Assembly (NCBI RefSeq): GCF_009914755.1
Contig: NC_060937.1
Source of the DNA: the human T2T-CHM13v2.0 reference genome, Homo sapiens
Length of the DNA: 64,000 bases
Strand: one strand, 5' to 3'
Part shown: in pieces, positions 11,530-24,255 of the stretch
Layout: the number at the start of each line of letters is the position of its first letter
Position numbering within the stretch: the first letter of the stretch is position 1
Position numbers and translations under genes: made by a program
The notes under the pieces: generated by a model
Seen by the model: only the letters and a program-made list of their open reading frames with translations
What the model was told of the DNA's origin: nothing
The model's database searches: none

Positions 11530-12801
11530 TCAAAGCAGTAAATTTATTTAATATTAATTAATTTTTTAAAAGAAGAGTATATGATTTTAGTTTTGGCTTG
11601 CTTATGTTTAAGAGCCATAGTAAATAAGACAAATTTTTGTCTATTGAAGAACTGGCTTCAAAATTTGCCCTAAAGTTTTCTTGGATCAGAATTTCCTCAG
11701 TGGTCTTGATAAATAAAAGCATAAAACATTCTATTTTGTTTCAAAGTGAAGTTTCAGTAAAATCCAGTTCATGTTGTGTTTTCTAACCTTCTCAAGAAAT
11801 GGCAAGAGGTAACTTTGGGTTCTGAGTGATTGATAGGTAGCTTCTTTTACTGAGAACGTGTAGTTGAGTAAGAGTAGGAATAGGCATAAATAAAAATGAA
11901 ATAGCCTGGTTTTGCTCATTGCATTTTCTGAACGTTCTAATCAGTCTATACATAATAAGAAGCTAGAAAAGTACTTATGTTTTTAGTACCATTTGTAAGA
12001 TCATATTTGGAATGTTTTTCTTTTTACTGAGAAACAAAAGCTGCTCAGTACTGTTTTAAAGTATCTTCTTTTTATTAAACAATTATAGAGCTTACAATGC
12101 TCAAAACATTTGAATAGCATGTCCATTCAGGCATTCAAAATAATTTTGATAAATGGATCTAATTTTGATCTAATCATCTTATATATGAGCATTTGTTATT
12201 GATCTTGAACAACAAGATGGAAATTACTTAATTTTTTAGATGATTATAAAAGCAGGGAGGATGCAGTGCCATAGCTGTGTGGATGTGAAATGCAAGGCAC
12301 AGAGTATACATCCAGGCTAAGCCTGTCCACATATGTAACATATTAAAGGGGTGAAAACACTGGCAGTGACATCGTCAGCATTGCTGAAATAGGTTTCCTG
12401 TCAACTGCCCGTCTTCACTTTGGTGTTCAAGGCCATCCAGACACGGAGGAGTGGGGTCTGCTCTCATGCTCCTTAAGAACAGAAAAGCCAGGCTGCTGTG
12501 TTCTCAGCACCCAGTGCAGTGACTGCCATAGAGTACCGACCCAATACACCATGTGTTATAGAACAAAGAAATAAGTGATTGAACAGTAAAATGTGGTTTT
12601 AAGTAAAGGAGTCAAAATTTCCCTACAACTTCACCTTAAAGTTAAAGGATCTTCACTGTAATACAGAAAGGGGGTCAGACACAAGCATCTACCCCAAGCT
12701 CGTAAGAGCCTGACAACCTGACCTAGGATAAGGTGATTTTGACATTAAGGGGAAAAAAAGGCACATTTCACCATTTCACCAATATCTGATTCTGTGAACA
12801 A

Positions 12802-13051
12802 CTTCTTTTTCTTCCTTCTTTCTTCTCCTCTCCCTCTCCCTCTCCCCTGCCCCCTCCCCCTCCCACTCCCCCTCCTCATTTTCTCTCTCCCTCTCCCCCT
12901 CCCCCTTCCCCATCCCCCTCCCCTCCTCTTCCTCCACCTCCCTCTCCCCCTCCCTCCTCCTCCTCCTTCTCTCTCTCCCTCTCCCTCTTCCTCTTCCTTT
13001 TATTCCTTCTCTTCCTCCTCTACCTCCTTCTCCTCCTTCTTCCTCATCTTT
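12802..13051. repeat. CT-rich homopyrimidine low-complexity tract
   Basis: About 250 bp almost entirely C/T on the + strand. Confidence 0.95.
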
Positions 13052-14579
13052 GCCTCAAACAATTACTAATAACAAGATCCCTTGAAAACGCTTACCAATG
13101 TGTATGATGATGAACATAATTTTATTGTGAAGGTGCTCAGGCGACGTTTGAAAAGGCACAGAAAAAGCCACAAGTACAGAAATACTGCTTTACAACCTAC
13201 TAATAATTTATCAGGTATTAGGGAAAACATGAATGGGTGGTCTCCTGCTTAATTAATTTGGAGAGGAACCTGAATTTCTCTCCGAAGTTCAGTTCTGAGC
13301 TCTCTCCAGTGTACTTTTCCTCTGACAGCCCTGCCGAGAAACTTCTTGCTACAAATACACATCTCTCAGTTCAGTGTCCTTCCTTCACTTTAGGGCTTTC
13401 TCTCTAAACTTTCCAACCCAAAGAAACATGGAAAAACGTGCAGAAGCAGAAAAGAACAACACATGTATGGATATCATATTTGTGGTCTTTTGTTGTTTTG
13501 ATGGTCCTTATCAAAACTTACATTTCAACAGTTCCAGGGAATGGTTACTGGGGAATGGTTGACCTCTTGCAGAGACATTTTGACTAATAAGTAGTATCCC
13601 TGTAATCTCATTCCATTCCTGGGGTGAGTCAGGCAGTGAATGGACTGTTTACATCAAAGTAGAGAGATCCTCTTTTAGAAATATCACTAATTAAATAGAT
13701 CTTCTGAGCTACAACATTATCGACTTAGCAAATACCCTCAAACTGCACTAAAATATATTTTGCCTACTCCCGTTCACTATGCAGCATTACTAGTTCCCAC
13801 AGACTGCTTGCCTACATGTCAAGCACCTTGCTGTTTTAGGTTAGAATCCGATGAAATCGGAAGTTCAATTAGCAAGCAACAGTGAGATGACAAAGCCTCT
13901 CGTGGGCTCTGTTTAGAATTTCCCTGTGTGCTAAAAGCAACACAATAAGTTACGCCACTAACATAGAAATCATCCTAATGCAAACAAAGACTCATACAGG
14001 TGATGATAAATCAGGATTTACTTTGATAGAAACAATAAAGTCATTCTTAGCATATGCAGAGACTCAATGCCAGTGAGAGAGAGTATAGCACCCTTATTCA
14101 TGAAGTGTTTCTCTGGGACTGATGGTTTCTGTGAAATCTAGATTTAAATATACAGAAACTGCGTACTATGCCATAATCTTAATACAAAAAAAATAGGTTA
14201 TGCATTGAGATTCATCTATCCTTGTGATGAAGAATGATTTTAAATATCTAACCTTGAAGAAGGCATTATAATCACTTTGGCTTTATTCTACATTTTGCTT
14301 CCCCTTTTTAGCCTCTGCTGTCTATGAAATTCTCCAGTGCAAAGCCTGCTGTAAAACTGCAATCAAAAAAAGGCCTGCCTATGTGGATGAGTAAGTTCAT
14401 GATGCATTTACCAACAAAAGGGGCTCAGCCCAATTTTGGAGGCAAGAGCTTCTTATGATAGCCATCATTTTCCATTTATTTTATTCCTTCCATGACACAC
14501 TGTTTATCAATATGATTAATTTGGACCACACTTTCAACTCTGCCGACTGATTTTTGCTTTGGAAAATAAATTAAACTGT

Positions 14580-14990
14580 GGTTTACAGAAAATCCAAAAC
14601 AACAGTGGCTAAGCAATACAGAAGTTTCAATAGTTCTCATTTAGTCGTAAGCAATTTAGGGTTGGTCCGACATCCCATGTTGTCAGGGACCTCCACTTTC
14701 TCTCTTATTGTTGATCTGTTGCCCTCAATATACAGTTTCCACATTATTTTCCAAGGCAGGTGTTCACGTTCATGCTCACAAAGGGGAAGGAATGGCAGAA
14801 ACACGTACATACTTTTAAGATCCGAACTGGGTATCCTACAAGGGCTTCTAGTCATACGCCATTGGCCAGAACTTTCTTATGTGGGAAATGAAGCCTTCAC
14901 TCTGAATGCCTCTGGATACAGCTAAACTCCAGGCGTTATTTTAGAGGGAAAAGAGAAGAAGGAATATTGGGGACAACTAGTCCCTTGCAC
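14580..14990 (-). mobile_element. Old MaLR LTR (MLT1K/L-like)
   Basis: aaaacaacagtggct..gtcagggacc..ccattggccagaact..gaatattggggacaactag. Confidence 0.6.
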
Positions 14991-16183
14991 AAGGATGAAA
15001 ACAAAAGGGCAAACGCAGAAAAGCGAAAAGTAAGGCAAGGAAAGAAACACTGCAGGTAAGCTGTATGTGCTTACACTTGGAAAATTAATTTAAAAAAATA
15101 AAAACTGAGGGATAACTCTTCTTACCACACACTTCATCTCCTTCATAAAACACAATTCAAGCATTAATTATCATGATAAAAGACTGGGTTGTAAAGCAAA
15201 CCTCTTAGAGAGAGCCACTGATCACTCTCATACAACCTAGGCCTGGGCACCACCAGCGGGCAATTACTGAGTATGTGCAGGTTCTGGGGCCTCAATTAGA
15301 CTGACCTGAATGTGGTCATTCTCCTGATGTCTTGTTTCCGGCTGAAGAGCTGGAGGACAAAGTCTTGTCCTCATTTCCTGCTTGGATGTATGAATCAGTC
15401 ATGCGTTTCCCATTTGATTCCCGTCTCTCCCAGCTGAGAGAGAACTTGGAGAGGAATTAATTACAGAAGTGGCCTGAGTGTTGCTCCACGTGGAAGCAGG
15501 ACACACACAAGGCCTGCAGCTTCACCGGGAGCCTCGTGGGCCTCTAAGCAGGCTGCCCCGCAGATTTCCCTGACACTTGCTGGAAGGGCTACACGGGCAG
15601 AAGCGTACTGATGCCCCTTGTGCAAAATAATACAACATTTCATTTGACATCATGGCTACCTTGAGAGGCAAAGAGGGTAAAGATCATTATCCGTTGACCA
15701 TCTACTAGGCAAACATTCAGACAGACTAAAAATTGCTCAAATCAGGATGGAGTCTAGGGAACTCATGCAGACTAGTTTACTGTACTAAAAAGAAACATGC
15801 ATTTAGGTAAAGCACTCTTCTTGTAAAAGGGACATCTTTCTGAAGATGCTATCTTTGATTTCAGTGCAAACATACTGAGCATTGTGGTTCTTTATGATAA
15901 TAAAAGGTGGATGGTGGGAATACTTTCATGTGAATAATCTGAGCGTTTTAATCCTATGTATATAAAATATGTGGTTCTGTGTACTTATTTTTAGGTACAT
16001 TCCTAAACAGTCATAATTTGGCTCTTTATACCTCATTATAATTCTTAGAAAAATTCATGAGTCTTTGCATCTAGGAAACAAAGGGTTATTGCCCCATACT
16101 AAAAGTTATAACACCAATATGGCAGTATGACTCTAAACTGAAGTCCATAGAAAGCTCTCCACTATGTGGCATATAATGCCCTT

Positions 16184-16775
16184 TGTATTAGTTTTCTTGT
16201 CTGCTGTAATTAGCACAAACTTGCAAAGATAAATCACATAAATACTTTTTTTTTTTTTTGAGATGGAGTCTCACTCTGTTGCCCAGGCTGGAGTGCAATG
16301 GCCCAATCTCGGCTCACTAAAACCTCCTGCCTCAGCCTCCTGCGTAGCTGGGATTACAGATGTGCACCACCACACCTGGCTAATTTTCTTACAGCTCTGG
16401 AAAAAGCTCAAAGTACCATCAGCAGGGCCACGCTTGCTCCAGAGACTCTGGGGGCAATTCCACTCTTCGTCTCTTCTGGCGTCCGGTGGTTGCAGGCACT
16501 TCTTGGCATTCCTCGGCTTGCAGCCACTTCACTGTAATCTCTGCCTGTCTTCACAAGGCCCTCCTCTCTGTGTCTTCTCTTCCACCTGTGTCTCTTATAA
16601 GGACATTTGTGATTACATTTAGGGCCCACCCTGACCATCCAGAATAATCTACTCATGTCAAAATCCTTAACTTCATCACATCTCCAAAGACCCCTTTTCC
16701 AAATAGGCAACGCTAACAGGTTCTTGGAATTGGCCTGTGGACATATCTTTTGGGGGCCACTATTCACGCCTCTGT
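16184..16775 (-). mobile_element. MaLR MLT1C/D-type LTR interrupted by an Alu arm
   Basis: tgtattagttttct..; tcttataaggacatttgtgattacatttagggcccacc..ccagaataatct..aaatccttaact..ggacatatcttttgggggccactatt. Confidence 0.85.
16246..16387 (-). mobile_element. Alu right arm (AluS-like) with internal deletion
   Basis: T-tail then gagatggagtctcactctgttgcccaggctggagtgca; the segment between aacctcc and tgcctcagcc is missing; stops at ctggctaatttt. Confidence 0.9.
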
Positions 16776-16859
16776 TCCCTTTATGATATGGATCTCCGTG
16801 TACATTTTAACTTCACCTCCTACAATGCCCATCCCCTCAGTGCATCATACTCTACCTAT

Positions 16860-17210
16860 TAACTCACCATTATCAAATAGGTCAGGTTGTCACTTTCGTG
16901 CATTTGCACATTCTATTCCCTTTACACGAAATGCAGTTCCCTGCCTGCCTAACTTGCAAGCTTCTGCTCATTGTGTGTCAAAAATTCCCAATTATTGCCT
17001 CCATGTCCCTTTCTCCCAAGAAAGTAGAGCACTTTTCTTCGGAATTTCCATAGCCCCTTATGTACTACTCTATCAGAGTATGTATCAGATGAACTCCAGT
17101 AGGCATCACACATGTCCTCATCTGAGTGTGGTTCCCCTCCCACAGAAGCTCATGATCCATCTCTATATTTATGTTTCAATATATGAAGTATAATAGTTTT
17201 TAGTATGTGC
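16860..17210 (+). mobile_element. L2 fragment
   Basis: gcatttgcacattctattccc..gaaatgc is an L2 3'-region motif. Confidence 0.55.
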
Positions 17211-18603
17211 ACTATAAAAAAATCTCAGTATCTTTCCTTATTACAAGGAAATTTAGGTGATTTAAATACACATAAATGAAAAAATAGAATTGCCTATGTC
17301 AAGTGGTAAAAACAGGACACATTTAACTGGTGTATATCTTTCCAGTATTTATATATTTTTCATTATGTATACATCTGTGTATATATAAAAGTCACTAAAA
17401 TCAAAATAATCTGTACATTCTTTGTTCTCCTGAAACCTAGTATATACTTAATAATAAGTTTAATAGATTAATGAAATAATAAATTAAAGATTTAAAACCT
17501 ACCACCTAAACAGAGCTAACATGATCACAGAATAAATGATGTTATTACTTTGGCATAAATATGGGTCTCTGCTTGGATTTCTAAGCAATTATTCCTAAGA
17601 TTCTATCAAAAAGGGCTTTATTACTATCCAAATGTTATACAGTTTTTAAGAAGAGAAATGGAAGAATCCCTTTGGACAGTGATATTATGAAAATAATTTA
17701 TTCTTGAAATCATATAATATAATGATAGTTGGTAAGTTTTCTTCACATTCTTAACTTCAGTGTCTTTCCAAAGATGGCTTTGAGGCCAATGTAAGATGAT
17801 AGTAATTGGGGCTTTGTTGTAAATGTCTAATTCGTTCATTTCCTAATCCAAAGGAGAAATAGAAAATATAAGAGCTATAATGAATTTTTATTTCTTATGA
17901 ATTCAAATTAACACAGATCACCCTGCAGGAGAAAAACTCGTCATGGAAAGCTTGCAGTTAGAATGCCATTCTTCCGAATCATGCACATGTTACTTTGGGA
18001 AAGCTAAATGCCTATTAACCTGAGGCACAGAAAGTGCAAATTTGTAAACTTGGTTTGAGGAAAAAAAAATACCTCTACTTTCATATTCTGCATTCCAAAT
18101 TGCAGTTTGGGGGACGTTAGCTTTCCTGCAAACACTTGTCTGGAAGGAATCAGAGGGCTTCCTATCCGGTGAACAGCACATGCAGTGGATGAATCAGCAC
18201 TAGCTGTGAGGCATACATCCTTCCCGCCCCAAAACAGGCTGCTTTCTTCACTTGGAAAGATACTCAAGTTTCTGGAGTTTGCTTGGAGAGTACAAACAGG
18301 CTCTTGCAAAGTTCTATCACCCTGTGTTCTAAAACTGAGGAATCTCAAAACTTACAAAGCCTAAATCAGTAGACCCTGGACCACTCCAGAGCCAAAATCT
18401 GTCCTGGGTGGTCACAGTGAACTGAAATCAACATAGCCTTCAGTTAATGAGGCTTAAACTCTTCTGCAGATAGATCCAAAAGTAACTTATTAGTTTTAAA
18501 ATTCTTAATTTATCATCCATTAAATGACTTACATCCTCCCACCACGCCATGCTGAGCTGCTTCTTTAAAAAGAGTCAGAGGGTATACTGGAAAGCAAAAC
18601 AGT

Positions 18604-18983
18604 TGTATTAGTCCGTTCTCATGCTGCGAACAAAAACATAACTGAGACTGGATATTTTATTTTATAAAAAAAGGTTTCACTGACTCACAGTTCAGCATGG
18701 CTGGGGAGGCCTAAGGAAACTTATAATCATGGCGAAAGGGGATGCAAACACGTCCTTCTTCACATGGCAGCAGCAATGAGAAGTGCAGAGTGAAGTGGTG
18801 GGGGAAGCCCCTTATAAAATGATCAGATCTCCTGAGAACTTGCTCATTCTCAAGAGGACATCATAGAGGTAACTGCTCCCATGGTTTAATTACCTTCCAC
18901 CGCATCCCTCCCACAATGCATGAGGATTATGGGAACTACAATTCAAGATGAGATTTGGGTGGGGACACCGCCAAACCATATCA
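18604..18983 (-). mobile_element. MaLR THE1 solo LTR (THE1C-like)
   Basis: tgtattagtccgttctcatgctg...attatgggaactacaattcaagatgagatttgggtggggacaccgccaaaccatatca; TSD ACAGT/ATAGT. Confidence 0.9.
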
Positions 18984-19089
18984 ATAGTAAACTTGGAATT
19001 CAGAGATACACATTTCAGTCCTATTATCTGGGCCAGAATTTCAACCGTGAACCTAGGAGAAAGTTCTGAAATAAGAGTTTTGAGATATT

Positions 19090-19403
19090 GGCCAGGCACA
19101 GTGGCTCATGCTTATAATCCCAGCACTTTGGAAAGCCAAGGAGAGAGAATCGCTTGAGCACAAGAGTTTGGGACCAATACAGACAACACAGGGAAACCCT
19201 GTCTCTACAAAAAATTGAAAAATTAGCCAGGCATGATGGTGCATGCCTGTAGTCCCAGCTACTCGGGAGACGGAGGTAGAAGGATCGCTTGAGCCCAGGA
19301 AGTGGAGGCTGCAGTGACTGTGACTGCAACACTGCACTTCAGCCTATGTAAGAGAGTGAGACCCTGTCTAAAAAATAAAAATAAAATAAATAAATAAATA
19401 AAT
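19090..19403 (+). mobile_element. AluJ
   Basis: Full dimer with J-type ggatcgcttgagcccagga, (TAAA)n tail and degenerate TSD agttt..agatat. Confidence 0.92.
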
Positions 19404-20849
19404 AGTTTCAAGATATCATCACAGTGAAAACCCCAAATATAAAACAGCAAAGGTGGTACTTCATTAGACTAAACTTTTTCTTAAGAGTCTCCTTAAACCT
19501 TTTGTTATGATAAAGTCAACTAACCACAACAAAGAGACTCTTTCAACAAAGATGTCTTTTTTAAAATTAGTCAATTAGTAGTTATCATTGAGGTTGCTAT
19601 TTTACACAGGTCTTAGCATCTAACTTATTTTCTGGTGGTTGTACAGACCTTGAGAAGTCGAGATCAAAAAGATTAGTAATTAACCTCCCAAAATCAGCTA
19701 TTCTTTATTCAGGTAGAAATGGCAAAAGTTAAACTTGCAGCATCAGTCAAGGGAAAAGTCATAACTGATGTGTTAACATTTTATTACAGTTTTAGAAATG
19801 TCTAAACATATCTTTTGAAATAAAAATTTAATCAAGCTTTTCCAGACTTCCCCATCCCAGAATCGTATATACATTGACAATAAGAGAGTAAGAAGGCTGC
19901 TCAGATCTCTCCCACCCCGAAGAGGCCGTGATTCTGTGTATTTATTCTTTGAGCTGAATAGGGCACTGTTTTGTGAACTCCTGCCTTGGAGCGCAGCAAG
20001 ATGCAGAGAGGTCTCCTCATAGCCTGCACAGCCGCAGAACAGGAAAGGTGTTGAAGGAAAAAAAATCATTACGAGATGAACTAAAGTCCCTGTTTCTTTC
20101 GTCTTTCAGACTCACACAATTTCTTCCAATATTCATGTTTAAACAATGTACATGGAATTCAAAAAACATTAAAATTTCTTTTGGATCAAGTCCTTCTGAC
20201 AATACTGTGATGTCTGTGATTTCTATTTTAGATACCCTTCAGGGTAAGATATGCCATGCCTCTATTGCAACAATTAAAACTTCTATGGGACAAATGACAT
20301 GCCAGCCATGAATATTGCAGGCACAGAGAAATATAAATTATAATTTGCGTATAACCACATCATTTTACTCTCATAGTCCACAACTATTCACAGTATGCCT
20401 ATTCATTGAAAGGCACTATACTCATTTGCAAATTAAGTTCTGCCCTCTAGGCATTTGAAATATAGCAGAGAATAAATATTTAATGAAATTTCAACAACAA
20501 AATAAATAGTATAGTATCATAAAAGATAGTCATACAAACTTGATTTCAAACAATAGCTCTTAGAGATGGAGTAAATCAATGAAGATCTTCAATTAGATAA
20601 GATAATAGAAAACATTTGGTGATAGATCAATGCTTTAAAAATGTGTTCTACAGAATACCTACCAATCTGTTATCAAACATGCTTGAAAAGTTGCAATAAT
20701 GTATCATCATGAAGGTTTAGATATCAAAGGTCCCAAGAAACTCTTAAGAAAATCTTTAAACACTCATTTAGCTCAGCATTTCCCAAATACATGTAACTAT
20801 TAATCTAACTCTCTTTTTCCTAGTAATACCAATTACTGGGATAGCAAAT

Positions 20850-21095
20850 ACAACTGAATCGGACCCTAAATTTTCTACTGCTAGCATCTGTTAATGAGGT
20901 CATTTAATCTCTCTGAACCTTTCTTTCTCTATCTGTAAACTGGGGATGATAATAATACAGGCTCTGATCCCTTTGGGATTAGTTCATGTAATTATGTGAG
21001 TTACATAATCATGACATGAGCAATTATGCATCATATAAGGTATACAGAGCATCTAACAGAGAACAAGGTTCTTACTAGCACCTCACTAAATGTTG
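20850..21095 (+). mobile_element. MIR
   Basis: gtcatttaatctctctgaacct..tatctgtaaactggggatgataata. Confidence 0.75.
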
Positions 21096-21608
21096 GGTCC
21101 CTGTTCTCTCTTCCTTTCATTCTTCATTAAGGAAGAATAGACCTAACAGGAACGTCATATTTTAAAGATCACAAATGAAAAGTAGATGTGAGACTAGCAC
21201 CAGGTTCTCTTGATAACCAGCTCAAAATTCTCTGGAGATCGAAGATTTTGAATACCAGATGTTGAGACCTGGAGAAGGAGAGTAGACCCAAGAAAGGTGA
21301 AAGACCTAACATGGAATGGATCAGAGTAAATGAACTGACTGAGTTTCCAGTGTTTTAGTGTCTCAGTGACTTAACATTTCAGTGAGAGCTGGGATTCCGA
21401 TCCCAGTCCCTGGGATCACTTTGCCTTGCTCTGTCCCTCCTACAGCAGATGCAAGGTGGAGCCCAAAAGGGGCCACAGCCAATGGGTCCAGCTGTATTCC
21501 TAAACAGACTGAATAAAAAGGGCTCTACACATTTCCAGGGCTACTCCATCTGATTGCAAAAGATACTCAGCACTCACGCCTTTCTAAGCATCAACCTGGT
21601 CTCTGAAA

Positions 21609-21627
21609 TAGCCACAAGAGGGCAACA
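21609..21627 (+). promoter_or_regulatory. Candidate CTCF binding site
   Basis: TAGCCACAAGAGGGCAACA fits the CTCF core CCAC-N-AG-R-K-GGC-R in non-repeat sequence. Motif only, no binding data. Confidence 0.55.
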
Positions 21628-22547
21628 CTATCATCTCTTTCTTTTTCTTTTCTTTCTTTCCTTTTTGTTTTCGTTTTTTTTGGGACCATGAGATTTAGTC
21701 TGACTCACCACACAAAAAGCACATGTTTCAATGTATAAAGGCCAAATAAATCTGGCCGAGCATGGGAGAAGGTCAAGATTACTCATCAAAAGAATCTACC
21801 TTCTTTAGAGCAAGTTACATTCATTGAAAAAATTATGAGACTGCCCATGGTGATCAATAGTTTTAACATACTTAATATCCCTTAAAATGGAACATAGTTT
21901 TTCCTATTGCCAAAGCAAAAATAAAAACATTTGGGACGTTTTCTTTGTAATGAAAATTATTGATTTATTAAAATATTCACTTCTCTGAATTTTCCAATGA
22001 TTCCTTCATTAGCATGTTTTCCATGTTATTTTATAATTATAAAGGATGCATATTGTAACATCCATCAGTGTCGTTTTCTCTGTCTACTTTCCTACGCAAG
22101 TACTTCTCTGCTGTAGTCAACCTGGACCAGTCACCATCCCACAAACACATCATTCTCCCCAGCATAGCTTGCTTACATCATCCCTCTAAGGTATGTGAGG
22201 AAATTCTGTCTAAAACATTCACCATCAGGAGCAGGGAACTATTTTCAGAGAAGAATTTATCTGCTCTCATTCAGCACATGACTTCAGTGGACCCTTTTTA
22301 TTGGGTTAACTTCCCATCCAATAGGAGATCAATAAGTAGATCCTCTATCAAATTCTAAAATATAATTTATTTCTCAATGTTTCAGATTTTATATTACAAG
22401 CTAAGCTGTATAAAATAACTTATTATTGATATTAAGCAGCTTTCCCTTGAAAAGACACATTTTATAATCAACATGGTATTGCTCACAGATATTCTGAATG
22501 AGACGCTAAGACTTACCCTTGTCTTTTGGACCTAGAGGCTGAGGCTG

Positions 22548-22911
22548 TGCCGTAGTTTCACTAGCAATACCACGATGATTATAATCCCCAGAGCAACAGT
22601 GTTGGGAGGCGGGTTGTAATGGCAGGTGTTTAGGTCATGAGGCCAGAGTCCTCATGAATGGATTAATGTCATTATCATGGAAGTGGGTTTGTTATGAAGG
22701 TGAGTTTGGGCCCCTCTTGAACTCTCTCACTCTCTCTCCCATGTTATGCTTTCCACCATGTTAAGATGCAGCAAGAAGGCTCTGACCAGATGTGGGTTTC
22801 TCAGTCGTGGACTTCCTTGCCTCCAGAGCTGTAAGTCAAATAAATTTCTGCTCATTATAAATTACCCAGTCTGTGCTATTCTCTTAGAGCAGCACAAAAC
22901 AGACTAAGAGA
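22548..22911 (+). mobile_element. MaLR MSTC/MSTD-type LTR
   Basis: aggtcatgagg..cctcatgaatggattaatg..ttataaattacccagtctgtg.tattct..gcagcacaaaacagactaaga. Confidence 0.85.
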
Positions 22912-23776
22912 GTATCCTCCACTGGTTTAAAAAATTAACCTTAATATAGCTTCTAACTGTATAAACTGCTCAATTATATTTTCCCTAGTTTTATAGAAAA
23001 AGAAGTATTACATAAATTCAGTTGCATTAATTTGAATAGGATAAGTATAACACATTTAAAATTTTAGCAACTATTATCCAAAGAATAAAAATAAGTAAAA
23101 GCAAATAAATGTCTTCGGCTGTGATACCATGTGTGTATGTGCATATGTATTATGTGTTTAGCTTTCAAGTATGTGGTTTCAAAATCAACAATTCTTTCCT
23201 GCCTAATCATATTCAATAAACATATGAAAGCTTCATTTGACATTTTCTATTTGAACACTAATGAAGACAAATTGAAAGCTATTTTAATATTTTTTCATGT
23301 TCTCGAAGAGACTCTGGAAAATACTTGGTCACATTCTACAGAAATATTTTTTATAAAAAATGTATATTAAACAAGCAAAGTCATTCCAGAAAGTATCTAT
23401 CATGTAAATAATTAGGAAATGTCTCATTTTTGTGCTTTGCTCAATTTCAGTTATGATTAACTGCTGCTCCGTGTAATAATATATTGCATATTTTCCATCA
23501 ATTGAAAAAAAAATGGAATAATAGGTATATAAGGAAATTGACTTAAGCTTTGATTTTGAATTATCAGTTTAATTTCTAATAATATGAGAATGCTATAAAG
23601 AAAAGAGCCAATAGAACAAAAAAGTAACTCTAAGTTTGAAGAAAGTATCAACACAGGATATTATCCTCTCATCCTGATAAACTATCACAGTAAAAAGAAA
23701 AGAATGTTCTAGAGAGGATTCAGAGAGAATTTACCCAACCTGGGTAGGGAGTAGTATTGGGAAACAAGGAAATAAA

Positions 23777-24255
23777 TGTGAAAGCCAGCCTCCAAAGTGA
23801 CCTGATGCCCCCTCCCGATAGTCATGTTCTTATAAAGCAACCTGCTATACACACACACACACACACACATACACACACACACAGAATGATGAATGGGGCC
23901 ACCAATGGGATACTACAGAATGGTGTTTTGAGACTCTGAGGCTAGATCATGAAGAATTTTGTGGCTTTATTCTTGCTCTCTCTGAATTGCTCATTTGGAA
24001 GCCAGACCTCATCATTTGGACAATCAAGCAGCCCTTGGAGAGGCCCAGATGGGAAGGAAATAAGGCCTCCTGCCAACAACATCAGAACTTTGCGCGCCCT
24101 TTCCTGCCATCCAACCCCACAGCTCCAATCAACCCTTCAAGTGACTGCAGTCCAACATCTTGCCCTAATCAGGCCCCTGACCAGAATCATCTAGTTAAAC
24201 TGTTGTTTTAAGGCACTAAGTTTTGGGGTAATTTGTTGTGAAGCGATAGATAGGT
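23777..24255 (+). mobile_element. MaLR MLT1F-like LTR containing a (CA)n at 23849-23883
   Basis: caagcagcccttggagaggccca..aggcctcctgccaaca..tgttgttttaag.cactaagttttggggtaatttgtt. Confidence 0.8.

Noticed and set aside
12794-13069. 91-aa Pro/Leu/Ser-rich ORF
   Set aside because: Translation of the CT-rich tract, which cannot contain stop codons.
16263-17193. ORFs of 119-147 aa, including the longest in the track
   Set aside because: They run through Alu, MLT1 and L2 sequence and resemble no known protein family.
20110-20243. Plus-strand exon-like segment (tctttcag|..CAGG|gtaaga) with an open frame
   Set aside because: Isolated, peptide unrecognised, and it overlaps an equally plausible minus-strand candidate, showing such patterns arise by chance.
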